64,000 nucleotides of DNA from an uncultured Rickettsiales bacterium (GCA_964416435.1 CAYQEG010000013.1:1924-65923), one strand, 5' to 3'. Shown: positions 1-9,429, numbered from the stretch's first letter. Numbers and translations are program-made. The notes: generated from the letters alone by a model not told the origin.

Positions 1-228
1 GGTGACCGGGTGACCCAGCTCCTCGGCCAGCGCCGCAGCGACGTCGGTGGCGCTGGCGCCGACCTCGAACCGGGCCTGCACGTCGCCCGGCGCGACGCCG
101 GCGAGGGCCTCGATCTGGTCCTCCAGCGACGCCCTGTCCCCCCGGGGCGCGAGCAGCGCGATCACCCCCGCGGCGACGAGCAACACCAGCCCGAGCGCGA
201 GGTAGATCCGGAGGAAGAGGCGGCGCAC
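1..228 (-). CDS. Sensor histidine kinase, N-terminal fragment (runs off window)
   Basis: GTG at 228 reads MRRLFLRIYLALGLVLLVAAGVIALL..., a typical N-terminal TM of RstB/CpxA-type kinases, directly downstream of an OmpR-family regulator. The kinase domain is not visible in the window. Confidence 0.65.
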   Translation of the reverse strand, partial: MRRLFLRIYLALGLVLLVAAGVIALLAPRGDRASLEDQIEALAGVAPGDVQARFEVGASATDVAAALAEELGHPVT

Positions 229-237
229 GGAGGTCGG

Positions 238-920
238 TCAGTCGGCGGGCGACAGCTGGTAGCCGACCCCGCGCACCGTCTTGATGCGGTCTTCGTGGCC
301 CGGCCACTCGGCCAGCTTGCGGCGCAGCCCCGAGCAGCGCACGTCGATGGAGCGGTCCAGGCCGTCCCACTCGATGCCCCGCAGCTCCCGCAGCAGCTCC
401 TCGCGGGAGACGGGGTGGCCGGCGTGCTCCGCGAGCATCCACAGCAGGTCGAACTCGGCCGACGTCAGCTCCACGAGGTCCTCGCCGACCCGCACCTCGC
501 GGCTCGAACGGTCGATGCTCAGGTCCCCGAACTCGAGCCGGTCCCCCCCCCCGGCGCGCCCCCGGCCCGCCGCAGCAGCGCCGAGACCCGGGCGAGGAGC
601 AGCCTCGGAGAGACGGGCTTGCCCACGTAGTCGTCGGCCCCCACCTCGAGCCCCACGATGTGGTCGATCTCCTCGCCGCGGGCGGTGAGCATCAGGATGG
701 GACCGGGGAACTGGGGCCGCACCCGTCGGCAGATGGACAGGCCGTCCTCACCCGGCAGCATCAGGTCGAGGACCACGAGGTCGGGCTTCTCGGCCAGGAT
801 CCGGTCGACCGCTCGGTCGCCCCGGTGCTCTACGCCGACGTCGTGGCCGTTGGTCTGCAGGTACTCGGCCATCAACGTGGCCAACCGCACGTCGTCCTCG
901 ATCAGCAGCAGCTTCGCCAT
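238..920 (-). pseudogene. OmpR-family (RstA-like) response regulator, split by a frameshift at a G10 homopolymer (543-552)
   Basis: ORF 519..920 encodes the receiver domain (LLLIEDD, LVVLDLMLPGEDG, MLTA, GADDYVGKP). ORF 238..495 plus upstream in-frame codons encodes the winged helix (LTSAEFDLL, DRSIDVR, IKTVRGVGY). The frames join if the G run is 11 or 8 long. Could be a sequencing error. Confidence 0.85.
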
Positions 921-939
921 GGGCGCCACCCTATCGCGC

Positions 940-1554
940 TCAGTCGATCGCCGCGACGCCCTGCCCCGCGGAGACGTGCCCGGGGACCGTCAGGAGCACG
1001 GCGTCGAACGCCTCCCGCGCCTCCGCCTTGCGGCCCTGGCGCAGCAGCGCCCAGCCCAGGCCGGCGCGCATGTCGTTGTCCGACGGGTACTGGTCGAGCA
1101 CGGCCCGGTAGGCCACCTCGCTCTCGTCGAACTTGCCCGCGTTGAACTGCACCCACGCCAGGCGCGACATCGCGGTGTAGTTGCCCGGCGCCATGCGCAG
1201 GATCGTGCGGCACGCCTCCTCGGCGTCCGTCCAGCGACGGAGCGCCATCAGCGGGAGCGTCAGGCCGACCCGCGCCTCCACCGACTCGGGGGACCGCGCC
1301 ACCGCCGCCTCGTACTCGGTGACCGCGTCGGCGTAGCGGCCGTTGAGGTACAGCAGCCAGCCGATGCGCAGGTGCAGCAGGTAGTCGTCCTGACCCTGGG
1401 CCGCGAGCGTCTCCATGCGCGCGAGCGCCTCGGCGTACGCACCGGCGCTCTCCAGGGTGAACGACTGCTGGTACAGCTCCGTCGCGGTCGCCGCCGTGGC
1501 GGTCACCGGCATCACGAACAGCGCGATCGCGAGGACGAGGTTTCTGCGGATCAT
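940..1554 (-). CDS. Secreted tetratricopeptide repeat protein
   Basis: Signal peptide MIRRNLVLAIALFVMPVTATA followed by TPR-like helices (LHLRIGWLLYLNGRYADAV, RAGLGWALLRQG). ATGA overlap with the upstream gene. Confidence 0.8.
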   Translation of the reverse strand: MIRRNLVLAIALFVMPVTATAATATELYQQSFTLESAGAYAEALARMETLAAQGQDDYLLHLRIGWLLYLNGRYADAVTEYEAAVARSPESVEARVGLTLPLMALRRWTDAEEACRTILRMAPGNYTAMSRLAWVQFNAGKFDESEVAYRAVLDQYPSDNDMRAGLGWALLRQGRKAEAREAFDAVLLTVPGHVSAGQGVAAID

Positions 1555-2966
1555 CGTCGGAGTCCTCCCTTGCCTTCGACCGTGAAGCCGAAGGACAGGA
1601 CGTGGATGAAGTAGTCGTCGGAGCCGTCGACCGGGCGCATCGCAAGCGCCTCGTAGCCGAAGGTCAGGGCGAAGTGGTCGTCGAGGTCGACCGCGGCGTC
1701 GACGAAGGCGCCGGCGAGCGGTCGGGCGGTGGTGTTCCAGACGGTCGGCTCGTCGAAGCGCACGGGGCGGACCTCCGTCCCGCCGCGGCCGCCCACCTCC
1801 AGGTGCAGGCGCCCCGCGTCGATCAGGGCGGAGCCCTGCACGTTGACGAACGGCCCCTCGGTCTCCGGCTCGGGGGGCGCCGGGGCGAGCGGGTCCGGCG
1901 GCGGGGGCAGCTCGGGGCCACGCCACCACGACGCCCGGACCCGGGCGTCGAGCTGCAGGAAGGCGAGCACGGGGATCCGCACGCCGCCGCCGATCATCGT
2001 GGCGGTGCCGTCCGAGTAGCTGCCCAGCGACGCCTCCAGCCGTCCGGTCACGCCGGCGCCCCCCCAGACCCGGCCCGAGATGACCCCGACGGGCGTCGTC
2101 TCGGCGTTGTTGCCGAGCATCGAGACGAGCAGCTGCCCGCCGAAGCCAGCGTGGGCGGCGCCGACCCGCAGGTGCAGCTCCTGCTGGATGTAGTCGTCGT
2201 CGACCTCGCCCCGGTCGATGCCGAGGAACCGGCCGCTGAGCTCCAGGAACGCGACGTCCGCGAACGTCGCGCCGCCCTGCACGAGCACCGACAGCCCGCC
2301 GGTGTTGGCGATGTGGCCGTCGTACAGCAGCCCCGAGGCGCTCACCGCGCCGCCGAAGCGGGCCAGCGGCGCGGTCGCGACGGCCCCCTCGCGGGCGCAG
2401 TCGCTGGACGGGTCGTCCTGGAGCTGCCGCACGAAGCGGGCCTGGGCCCCCAGCGTGTCGCCCAGGGTGTAGCGGGTCCACGCCAGGCCGCAGGCTGCGA
2501 GCGCGTCGCCGGGCTCCAGCGCCAGGGCGGTGCGATACGAGCGGGCGGCCGCGAGGCGGCCCCAGACGGGCGCCTCGACGCCGACCGCGTGGCGCTGCGT
2601 CCAGGCGAGGCGGCTCCAGGCCGCCGGCAGGTCCGGCGCCAGCTCGGTCGCGCGTCGGGCGTCGGCCCGGGCGTCGGCGGCGCGGTCGAGCTCCAGGAGC
2701 GCCAGGCTGCGCCCCAGGTGATCGTCCAGGTTGCCGCCGCTCAGCGCGACCGCCTTGTCCCAGGCCTCGATCGACATCTCGAACCGACCGGCCCGGTACG
2801 CCCCCCACGCCAGCGCGACCGCCGCGCCGTGATCCTGGGGGTACGTCTCCGCCGCCGCCACCAGCTCCGCCAGGTCCGCCGGGAGCGGCTCGTCGGCCAG
2901 CCCGGGGGCGGCGACGAACAGCGCGGCGAGCGCGAGGGCGATGGCGATGGCGGGACGGCGGGACAT
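1551..2966 (-). CDS. TPR protein with C-terminal predicted outer-membrane beta-barrel
   Basis: Signal peptide MSRRPAIAIALALAALFVAAPGLA, N-terminal TPR helices, and a C-terminal half of alternating amphipathic beta strands ending IHVLSFGFTVEG. Confidence 0.65.
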   Translation of the reverse strand: MSRRPAIAIALALAALFVAAPGLADEPLPADLAELVAAAETYPQDHGAAVALAWGAYRAGRFEMSIEAWDKAVALSGGNLDDHLGRSLALLELDRAADARADARRATELAPDLPAAWSRLAWTQRHAVGVEAPVWGRLAAARSYRTALALEPGDALAACGLAWTRYTLGDTLGAQARFVRQLQDDPSSDCAREGAVATAPLARFGGAVSASGLLYDGHIANTGGLSVLVQGGATFADVAFLELSGRFLGIDRGEVDDDYIQQELHLRVGAAHAGFGGQLLVSMLGNNAETTPVGVISGRVWGGAGVTGRLEASLGSYSDGTATMIGGGVRIPVLAFLQLDARVRASWWRGPELPPPPDPLAPAPPEPETEGPFVNVQGSALIDAGRLHLEVGGRGGTEVRPVRFDEPTVWNTTARPLAGAFVDAAVDLDDHFALTFGYEALAMRPVDGSDDYFIHVLSFGFTVEGKGGLRR

Positions 2967-5176
2967 CAGACGACCTCGACCTCCAGGGCCGGACGACCGG
3001 CGACCGCGACCTCGAGCCGCTGCACGCCGACGCCGGGGCGGATGCGGGCCTCGGTGCGGACGGCGCGCTGGCCCCGCTGGCCGCGGCTGCGCCCCCGGAC
3101 GACGATGGCGTCGCCGTCGCGGGCGGCGGCGTAGGTGATCGACTGGTCCGGCGGCGGCACGAGGGCCGCGGCGGCGTCGCGCAGCCACGCCATCGCGGTG
3201 GTGCCGAGGCGTCGCGGGTTGAGGTGGTCGTCCCACGACAAGCCCGGGCAGTCTTCGAGCGGCACGCGGGCGAGCGCCGCGTACCAGGCGAACAGGGCGC
3301 CGTCCCGGGGGCCGGCGTGGTCGTACACCACGAACGAGTCGCCCCGTCCCTCGAACCACAGGCGGGCGTCGCGGCTGGGGCTTACCAGGCTGCGCGCGCC
3401 CAGCGCGTCGATGTCGGAGATGAGCTCCTCGGTCCGCTCCACGCCGTCGCAGAGCACCGTGACCTGGATCCGCTCCCCCGGGGGCAGCGCCAGGGCGCGG
3501 GCGAGGCCGTCGTCGATCGCGACGTTGCGCAGGCGCTGGCCGCGCTCGGGGAGGTGCCGGGGGATGACTTCGTCGACGACGTCGCACCGCACGATGCCGG
3601 CGAACTCGACCGGGATGGTGGGATCGCCGACCCTCGGCGTGGCCTGGACCTGGAAGTGCAGGTGCGGCGACGGCGCGCGCCCGGAGCTGCCGACCGCGCC
3701 GAGCACCTGGCCCGCCGCCACCACGTCCCCCTCCCGCACGGCGATGGAGCCGGGCGACAGGTGCGCGCTGAGCGAGAAGACGCCCGGTGCGTGGTGCACG
3801 ACCACCACGTTCCCCCAGTTGTTGGCGGTGTCGACCTCGCCGATCGGGTTGTCCGGCAGCCCGTCGATCACCTGGACGACCGTGCCCGCGGCGGCGGCCG
3901 TGACGGGCAGCTTGTAGCAGAGCCAGTCGTCGAGCTCGTCGCCCGTGCCGGCGTACAGCGAGCCGCTCCGGTCGGCGACCTCGAAGTCGAGCCCGTGCCG
4001 CCAGGGACCGCGGTGCGTGTGCTCGCCGTCGTTGCCCTGGGTGCACACCCAGGTGCCCCGGAAGGGGAGCTGCAGCCGCACCGGCAGCGCGCTTCGGAAG
4101 CGCTCCACGCGGGTGCGATGGTGGTGCAGGTTCTCCTCGGGCGAGCCGGCGATGAAGTCGACCGGCCGGGGCGACGCGTTCGCCTCCCGCAGCGCCAGGG
4201 CGTACAGGGTCACCAGCACGGTCACACAGAAGGGCATGGCGAGGACCGGCAGGCCGAACGGCTGGAGCAGCCGGATCATGCCGACCGACATCAGGCCGCA
4301 GGCCAGGCTGCCGCCGGCGGCGAGCAGCATCGAGGCGGGGCCGGGCACGTAGAAGATCCCGCCCAGCGCGACGGCGGTCATCACGAAGTTGAAGCCGATG
4401 TACAGCTCCACGAACCCCTCGGGGAACGTGAACAGGAAGGTGTCGGCGAACACGGCGACGGCGAAGCCGAGCACCGCGTGCAGCGTCGCGATGCGCGAGA
4501 AGCTCAGCAGCGCGGCGAGCACCAGGGCGCCGGCGATCCAGTGGGGCTGGAAGAAGATCGCGCCCAGGGAGCGCAGGAACAGGTCGACGATCTCGGGCCC
4601 GGGGAACGCGCCCAGGTCCAGCGCGACGGGGTGGGCGTGGAACGCCATGCCCCGCACGTAGGGCACCGCCGCCATCGCCATCCAGCCGACGAGCACGAAG
4701 GGCAGCGACAGGACGGGCAGCCGGAAGTGGTAGCTCATCGCCGAGCTGAGCGAGACGTGCACCAACAGGACCAGGCCCGCGAGCACGATGGCCAGGCCCC
4801 AGAAGGCGGGCGAGCGGTCGAGGAAGGCGCCGACCATCAGGAACACGAGCAGCGCGTTGTAGCCGAGCACGCCGGTGCGCACCGACTCGCGGTCCAGGCC
4901 GAGCACCGTCGCGGTGCTGGTCGCCAGGGCGACCCCGAGCAGGCCGACGAGCCCCACCTCGGGCACCACGAAGGTCGCCGCGAGCACGAGCAGGCCGACG
5001 ACGGGGCTGCGGCTGAACAGCACCTGCGAGTAGGGCGCGAGCAGCGCCGAGGCGCCGCGGCGGGCGGGATCGAGCCAATCCGGAAGGTGCCATCGGGCTG
5101 GCGCCGGACCGGTCCGCGCCGCCGCGGGCCTGGCTGTGGCCGACACAGCCATGGGAGGAGCAGCTGCGTCAGCCAT
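2966..5176 (-). CDS. Urea transporter (UT) family / peptidase M23 fusion protein
   Basis: About 10 TM segments with UT motifs (YSQVLF, GVLGYNALL, LPVLSLPF, LGAIFFQ, GFNFVMTA, LPVLAMPF), then an M23 domain (HTHRGPWRHGLDF, NNWGNVVVVHH, SAHL, PHLHFQ). Confidence 0.85.
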   Translation of the reverse strand: MADAAAPPMAVSATARPAAARTGPAPARWHLPDWLDPARRGASALLAPYSQVLFSRSPVVGLLVLAATFVVPEVGLVGLLGVALATSTATVLGLDRESVRTGVLGYNALLVFLMVGAFLDRSPAFWGLAIVLAGLVLLVHVSLSSAMSYHFRLPVLSLPFVLVGWMAMAAVPYVRGMAFHAHPVALDLGAFPGPEIVDLFLRSLGAIFFQPHWIAGALVLAALLSFSRIATLHAVLGFAVAVFADTFLFTFPEGFVELYIGFNFVMTAVALGGIFYVPGPASMLLAAGGSLACGLMSVGMIRLLQPFGLPVLAMPFCVTVLVTLYALALREANASPRPVDFIAGSPEENLHHHRTRVERFRSALPVRLQLPFRGTWVCTQGNDGEHTHRGPWRHGLDFEVADRSGSLYAGTGDELDDWLCYKLPVTAAAAGTVVQVIDGLPDNPIGEVDTANNWGNVVVVHHAPGVFSLSAHLSPGSIAVREGDVVAAGQVLGAVGSSGRAPSPHLHFQVQATPRVGDPTIPVEFAGIVRCDVVDEVIPRHLPERGQRLRNVAIDDGLARALALPPGERIQVTVLCDGVERTEELISDIDALGARSLVSPSRDARLWFEGRGDSFVVYDHAGPRDGALFAWYAALARVPLEDCPGLSWDDHLNPRRLGTTAMAWLRDAAAALVPPPDQSITYAAARDGDAIVVRGRSRGQRGQRAVRTEARIRPGVGVQRLEVAVAGRPALEVEVV

Positions 5177-6545
5177 CGATCCACTCCGGCACGGCCTCCG
5201 GGGAGACGAGGTCGTCGAGGGTCTCAGCCCGACGAATGACCGCGTGATCGCCAGAGCTGGAGACCATCGCCACGGCGGGCCGGAGGTGGATGAACTGCAT
5301 GGACTGGGTGACGTTGTAGGCGCCCACGGGGGTGATCACGACGCGGCTGCCGACCTCCAGCGGGGGCAGCATGATGTGCTCGCACACCACGTCGATGTTC
5401 ATGCACAGCGAGCCGTAGATGACCGTCGGCTCGGGCACCCCCCGCGGCTCGGAGCAGGGCTCGACCCGGTGGCGGTACCAGAAGGACGTGAACAGCACGT
5501 TGACCCCGGCGTCGAGCACGACCGCGCGGCGACCGTCGGGCAGGCGCTTGTTGGCGACCACCGTCGCGATGAGGGTGCCGGCGTCGTCGACCAGGGCGCG
5601 GCCGGTCTCGAGCATCAGCAGCGGCAGCTCCTCGTGGGGGCAGTCGAGCGCGCGCAGGCCGTCGGCGATCGCCTCGGCGTACTGCGAGAAGCTCGGGGTC
5701 ACCTGTTCGCTCGGCAGGTACTGGGCCTTGAGCCGGGCGCTGCTCGCGAAGCCGCCACCCAGGTCGATGTACTCGATGCGCAGCCCGAGCTCGGCGCGCA
5801 GCTTGTTGGCGAACTCGGCCACCTTGCGGGCGCCCTCGCCGTACGAGCCCTGGTCGAGCACGAAGGTGCCCAGGTGGGCGTGCAGCCCGACCACCCGCAG
5901 CTGCCCGCCGCCGACGATACGTCGGACCGCGTCCCAGGCCTGGCCGGCCTCCAGCGCGAAGCCGAAGCGGCCCCAGCGGGGGGTCGCGCCGGCGGACAGG
6001 TTCAGCCGGATGCCGACCTTGGGGCGGATGCCCAGGTCCCGGGCGACCCGCTCGGCCAGCGCGAGCTCGTCGTAGTGGTCGATGTTGACGAAGGAACCGC
6101 CGGAGAAGGCCTCGCGCAGCTCTTCGGGGGTCTTGCTGGGGCCGTTGAACACGATCCGCTCGTGGGGTACGCCGTTGCGCAGCGCCTTGCGGTACTCCAT
6201 GCCCGAGACGACCTCGGCCCACGCCCCTTCGTTGTGGAACGTCCGGCAGACGGCGTCCAGGTAGCAGGTCTTGTAGGACCAGCAGAGCTGGACCCGGGGC
6301 CAGCGTCGCGCCAGCTCGTCGTGCAGCTCGCGGACCTTGTCCTGGATCGTGCGCTGGCTGTAGACGAAGGCGGGGGAGCCGTAGGCCTCGACCAGCTCTT
6401 CGACGTCGACGCCGTCCACCTGGCCGCGGGGCGCGAAGGCGGCGGCGCCGCCCATCTTGTTCATCAGCCCGGCGCGGTGCCGCTGGATCGAGGGGCGCTC
6501 GTAGGTGGGCTTGTCGGGGACCATCTTGAGGGCGACGGAGCTCAT
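5169..6545 (-). CDS. Fold-type III PLP-dependent decarboxylase (diaminopimelate/ornithine decarboxylase-like)
   Basis: Motifs SYKT (PLP lysine), FNGPSK, RFG, HLGT, DLGGG, LETGRAL, YGSLCMNIDV, VGAYN. Confidence 0.85.
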   Translation of the reverse strand: MSSVALKMVPDKPTYERPSIQRHRAGLMNKMGGAAAFAPRGQVDGVDVEELVEAYGSPAFVYSQRTIQDKVRELHDELARRWPRVQLCWSYKTCYLDAVCRTFHNEGAWAEVVSGMEYRKALRNGVPHERIVFNGPSKTPEELREAFSGGSFVNIDHYDELALAERVARDLGIRPKVGIRLNLSAGATPRWGRFGFALEAGQAWDAVRRIVGGGQLRVVGLHAHLGTFVLDQGSYGEGARKVAEFANKLRAELGLRIEYIDLGGGFASSARLKAQYLPSEQVTPSFSQYAEAIADGLRALDCPHEELPLLMLETGRALVDDAGTLIATVVANKRLPDGRRAVVLDAGVNVLFTSFWYRHRVEPCSEPRGVPEPTVIYGSLCMNIDVVCEHIMLPPLEVGSRVVITPVGAYNVTQSMQFIHLRPAVAMVSSSGDHAVIRRAETLDDLVSPEAVPEWIDG

Positions 6546-7666
6546 CGGGAGATCTCCAGGGCGTCAGGCCGCGTGAGGGGGCGGGAGAGGACGTCGTCAG
6601 GGGCGCCGGCGACGCTGCGGGCGACCTCGCCGACGGTCGACAGGGCCTCCAGCGCGGAGATCGGGACGATCTGGTCGACCGAGATCCGCACGAACGCGAC
6701 GCCGGGCTCGTAGGCGGGCAGCGCGCAGGTCGGCTCGCCGGCGGCCCAGCGGGCGACCGCGAGCGGCTGGTTCTGGCCCGCGCCGGCGGTCAGGTCGCAC
6801 CAGGCGGGGAAGCGGGGGTTGATCTCCAGCAGGTGGTACTCGCCGGCGGCGGTGCGCATCACCTCGACCTCGCAGGGGCCGCGCCACTTCAGGGCGGCGA
6901 TGGTGCGCTCGGCGAGGTCCATCAGGCCGGGGTCGTCGATGGTGACGCCCGCCCAGCCCTTGCCGTTTTTCGTCAGGACGAGCTTGGACATCGCGACGGC
7001 GCCGAGCATGCCGCCCCGGCCGTCGCCGACGGCGCAGACGTTGTACTCGTCGCCGCAGACGTACTCCTGGACGATGACCGGCACGCCCCACTCGGCCGCG
7101 GCCTGGTGGAAGGCGGCGACCGCCTCGCTGGCGGTGTAGGCGATCTTGGCGCCGTAGAAGACGCCCTTGACCACGACCGGGAACGTGAAGCGCTCGTGGA
7201 TGGTGTACAGCGGGCTGCTCTCGACCAGGACCTCGGACCGGGGCACCGGCAGGCCGTGCTCGGGCGCCAGCTCGGCGAGCTTGGCCTTGGAGCGGGCGTC
7301 GTAGCAGGCGCGGGACGGCAGGAAGGTGCCGATCCCCAGGGCGTCCAGGTCGGCCTCCTGGTCGAGCAGCGCGGGCAGCTCGCTGTCCAGGGTCGGGATG
7401 AGCACGTCGATGCCGAAGCGGTGCTTCGCCCAGGCGAGCCGAGCGAACAGGGCGGAGCGCCCCTCGGAGGGGTACGGGATGAGCATGGAGCCGTCGAGCA
7501 GGCCCGGCATGTACAGGCCGGGGTCCATGGCGTCGTAGGCGAGCCCGATGATCTTGCCCGCGAAGTCGGGGTGGGAGCGGAGGGAGCGGGCCACTGCGAC
7601 CCCGGGGCCGGGGTTGTCGGTCGCGTTCAGGCCGGTGACGGCGACGGTCCTGGTGAACTTCGCCAT
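6542..7666 (-). CDS. ATP-grasp domain protein (carbamoyl-phosphate synthase-like / amine ligase)
   Basis: FPVVVKG, VIVQEYVCGDEY, GPCEVE, LLEINPRFPAW are ATP-grasp signatures. Confidence 0.85.
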   Translation of the reverse strand: MAKFTRTVAVTGLNATDNPGPGVAVARSLRSHPDFAGKIIGLAYDAMDPGLYMPGLLDGSMLIPYPSEGRSALFARLAWAKHRFGIDVLIPTLDSELPALLDQEADLDALGIGTFLPSRACYDARSKAKLAELAPEHGLPVPRSEVLVESSPLYTIHERFTFPVVVKGVFYGAKIAYTASEAVAAFHQAAAEWGVPVIVQEYVCGDEYNVCAVGDGRGGMLGAVAMSKLVLTKNGKGWAGVTIDDPGLMDLAERTIAALKWRGPCEVEVMRTAAGEYHLLEINPRFPAWCDLTAGAGQNQPLAVARWAAGEPTCALPAYEPGVAFVRISVDQIVPISALEALSTVGEVARSVAGAPDDVLSRPLTRPDALEISR

Positions 7667-7669
7667 GAC

Positions 7670-7942
7670 CTACTCCAGCTCGAACTCGGGGGGCAGCAGC
7701 CCCTGGTCGCGCAGCAACCGGGTGTACTCGAGGGCGTCGCGGCGCAGGTCGGCGTCGCCGGCGTCGAACGCCTCCCTCATCGCGCCGACCAGGGTGTCGA
7801 GGTCCTTGCCCTCGCGGATCCCCTCGATGAGCAGCCGGCCGGTCGGGTTGACGGTGAAGGTGGCGCCGGAGCGCGGGTCGAACACGAAGCCCGTCGGGCT
7901 GATCGCGAGCTGAGCGAGTCGTTCGGTTGCAGGTGCGGTCAT
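7670..7942 (-). CDS. PqqD-family (RiPP recognition element-like) peptide chaperone
   Basis: 90 aa with pattern AISPTGFVFDPRSGATFTVNPTG...L...F...D...Y...L...GLL typical of stand-alone PqqD proteins. GGGAGG RBS upstream. Confidence 0.8.
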   Translation of the reverse strand: MTAPATERLAQLAISPTGFVFDPRSGATFTVNPTGRLLIEGIREGKDLDTLVGAMREAFDAGDADLRRDALEYTRLLRDQGLLPPEFELE

Positions 7943-8036
7943 CGCGGCCTCCCAGCGACGGGGCTGGGTCAGCCAGCCTCCACCCAGACGGTGTCCCCCG
8001 GGAGGCCCCGGGTAAACGGTCGGCGGGTCAGGCGGA

Positions 8037-8051
8037 GTAAGCGTTTGTAAG
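8037..8051. promoter_or_regulatory. Putative OmpR-family direct-repeat operator GTAAG-N5-GTAAG
   Basis: Perfect 5-bp direct repeat with 10-bp period in the AT-richer intergenic region upstream of the pqqD-like gene. Resembles the CpxR box GTAAA-N5-GTAAA. Confidence 0.45.
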
Positions 8052-8075
8052 GCGCGCGCCTCGTCTTCGGCGCAA

Positions 8076-9374
8076 TCAGGCCTCCAGGCCAGGCTCGACC
8101 GGGCTCGGGGCGCCGGGAGTGCTCCTCGGCGTTTCGCCGAGGCGGCGGGCGAGCACCTCCGTGATGACGGTGCCCTTGCAGGCGGTGACGACGAACTCGT
8201 AGTCGTCGATCCGCACCAGGTCGCCTCGGTGGGGGGCCTTGCCGAGGGCGTTGAAGACCAGCCCGGCGAGCGTCTCTCCGGTCTCCGCCGGCACCTCCCA
8301 GCCGCTGGTCCGGTTGAAGTCGAGCACCGACGAGGTGCCCCTCGCCCGGTAGCGACCGGGGCCCAGGCGCCGGATCTCGGCCAGCTCCACGCCGTCGAAC
8401 TCGTCCCGGATCTCGCCCACGAACTCCTCGAGCACGTCCTCCTGGGTGACCAGGCCGACGGTCACGCCGAACTCGTCCTTGACCACCGCCAGCGGGATCG
8501 AGTCGCGCTGCATCTCCGCGAGCAGATCGAGGATCGACTTGCGCTCGGGCACCCGGAGCACCGGCTTGAGTACGTCCTCGAGGGTGTGCCCGCCCTCCCG
8601 GTCGGCCTTGACGAGGTCCTTGAAGTGCACGAACCCGACGATGGTGTCGATCGTCTCGTGAAACACGAGCAGCCGGGTGAACCGCTCCGCGAGCATCCGG
8701 GCGAGCAGGTCTTCGACCGACGTGTCCCGGGACACCGCCACCAGGTCGGGGCGCGGCGTCATGACCTCGTCCGCGGTCCGATCGACCGCCCGCGCGACCT
8801 TGCCGAGCAGCCACGGCGCGCTGCCGGTGCGCCGGTCCGAGCTCAGCTTGCGGGCCAGCTCGAGCACCTCCGCGTCGCCCAGCGCGTCCTCCTCGGTGGT
8901 GTCCGCCAGCTTGCGCACGAGCGGGAACAGCACCCGGTCGAACAGGTAGTGAGCGGGCTGCGCGATCCGGTGCACGAGGTACAGCGGCAACGCCACGAAG
9001 TAGGAGACCCGCCGGGGGTTGCTCGCAGCCACCGCCTTGGGGAGGACCTCGCAGAACACCAGGACGATCGCGGTCAGCAGGATGCCGGCGACGATCACGC
9101 CCCGCTCCTCGCCGAGGAGCCGAACGGCCACCGCCGACGCCAGGGCGGCGGCGAAGATGTTGGTGACGTTGTTCCCCAGCAGGATCGTGACCAGCAGCTT
9201 GCTGGTGGAGCCGACCAAGCGCTTCGCGGCGAGCGCCGACAGCGCGTTGGGGGAGTCGATGTCCGCGTCCATCTGGTGCGCGCGCATCCGCAACAGAGCG
9301 GTCTCGCTGCCCGAGAAGAAGGCGGACAGCACGAGACACAGGAAGATGGCGGTCAGCTCGGTGCCGACGGTCAT
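8076..9374 (-). CDS. CNNM (DUF21)-CBS-CorC/HlyC domain protein (hemolysin/Mg-Co transport family)
   Basis: LSAFFSGSETAL, TILLGNN, FCEVLPK, VMTPR, VKDEFG...GLVTQEDVLEEFVGEIRDEFD, ETLAGLV. Confidence 0.92.
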   Translation of the reverse strand: MTVGTELTAIFLCLVLSAFFSGSETALLRMRAHQMDADIDSPNALSALAAKRLVGSTSKLLVTILLGNNVTNIFAAALASAVAVRLLGEERGVIVAGILLTAIVLVFCEVLPKAVAASNPRRVSYFVALPLYLVHRIAQPAHYLFDRVLFPLVRKLADTTEEDALGDAEVLELARKLSSDRRTGSAPWLLGKVARAVDRTADEVMTPRPDLVAVSRDTSVEDLLARMLAERFTRLLVFHETIDTIVGFVHFKDLVKADREGGHTLEDVLKPVLRVPERKSILDLLAEMQRDSIPLAVVKDEFGVTVGLVTQEDVLEEFVGEIRDEFDGVELAEIRRLGPGRYRARGTSSVLDFNRTSGWEVPAETGETLAGLVFNALGKAPHRGDLVRIDDYEFVVTACKGTVITEVLARRLGETPRSTPGAPSPVEPGLEA

Positions 9375-9429
9375 TGGAAGCCTCCGATCGCTTCAAGTCT
9401 AGGCGACCGCGGTGACGCCGCGCTGTCGA

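Noticed and set aside
5169..6545. Calling this gene lysA
   Set aside because: Family motifs fit, but the N-terminal extension, the CMNID motif and the operon context suggest a different substrate, so the symbol was withheld.
7943..8075. RiPP precursor peptide upstream of pqqD
   Set aside because: No short ORF with an RBS and precursor-like composition is visible here.
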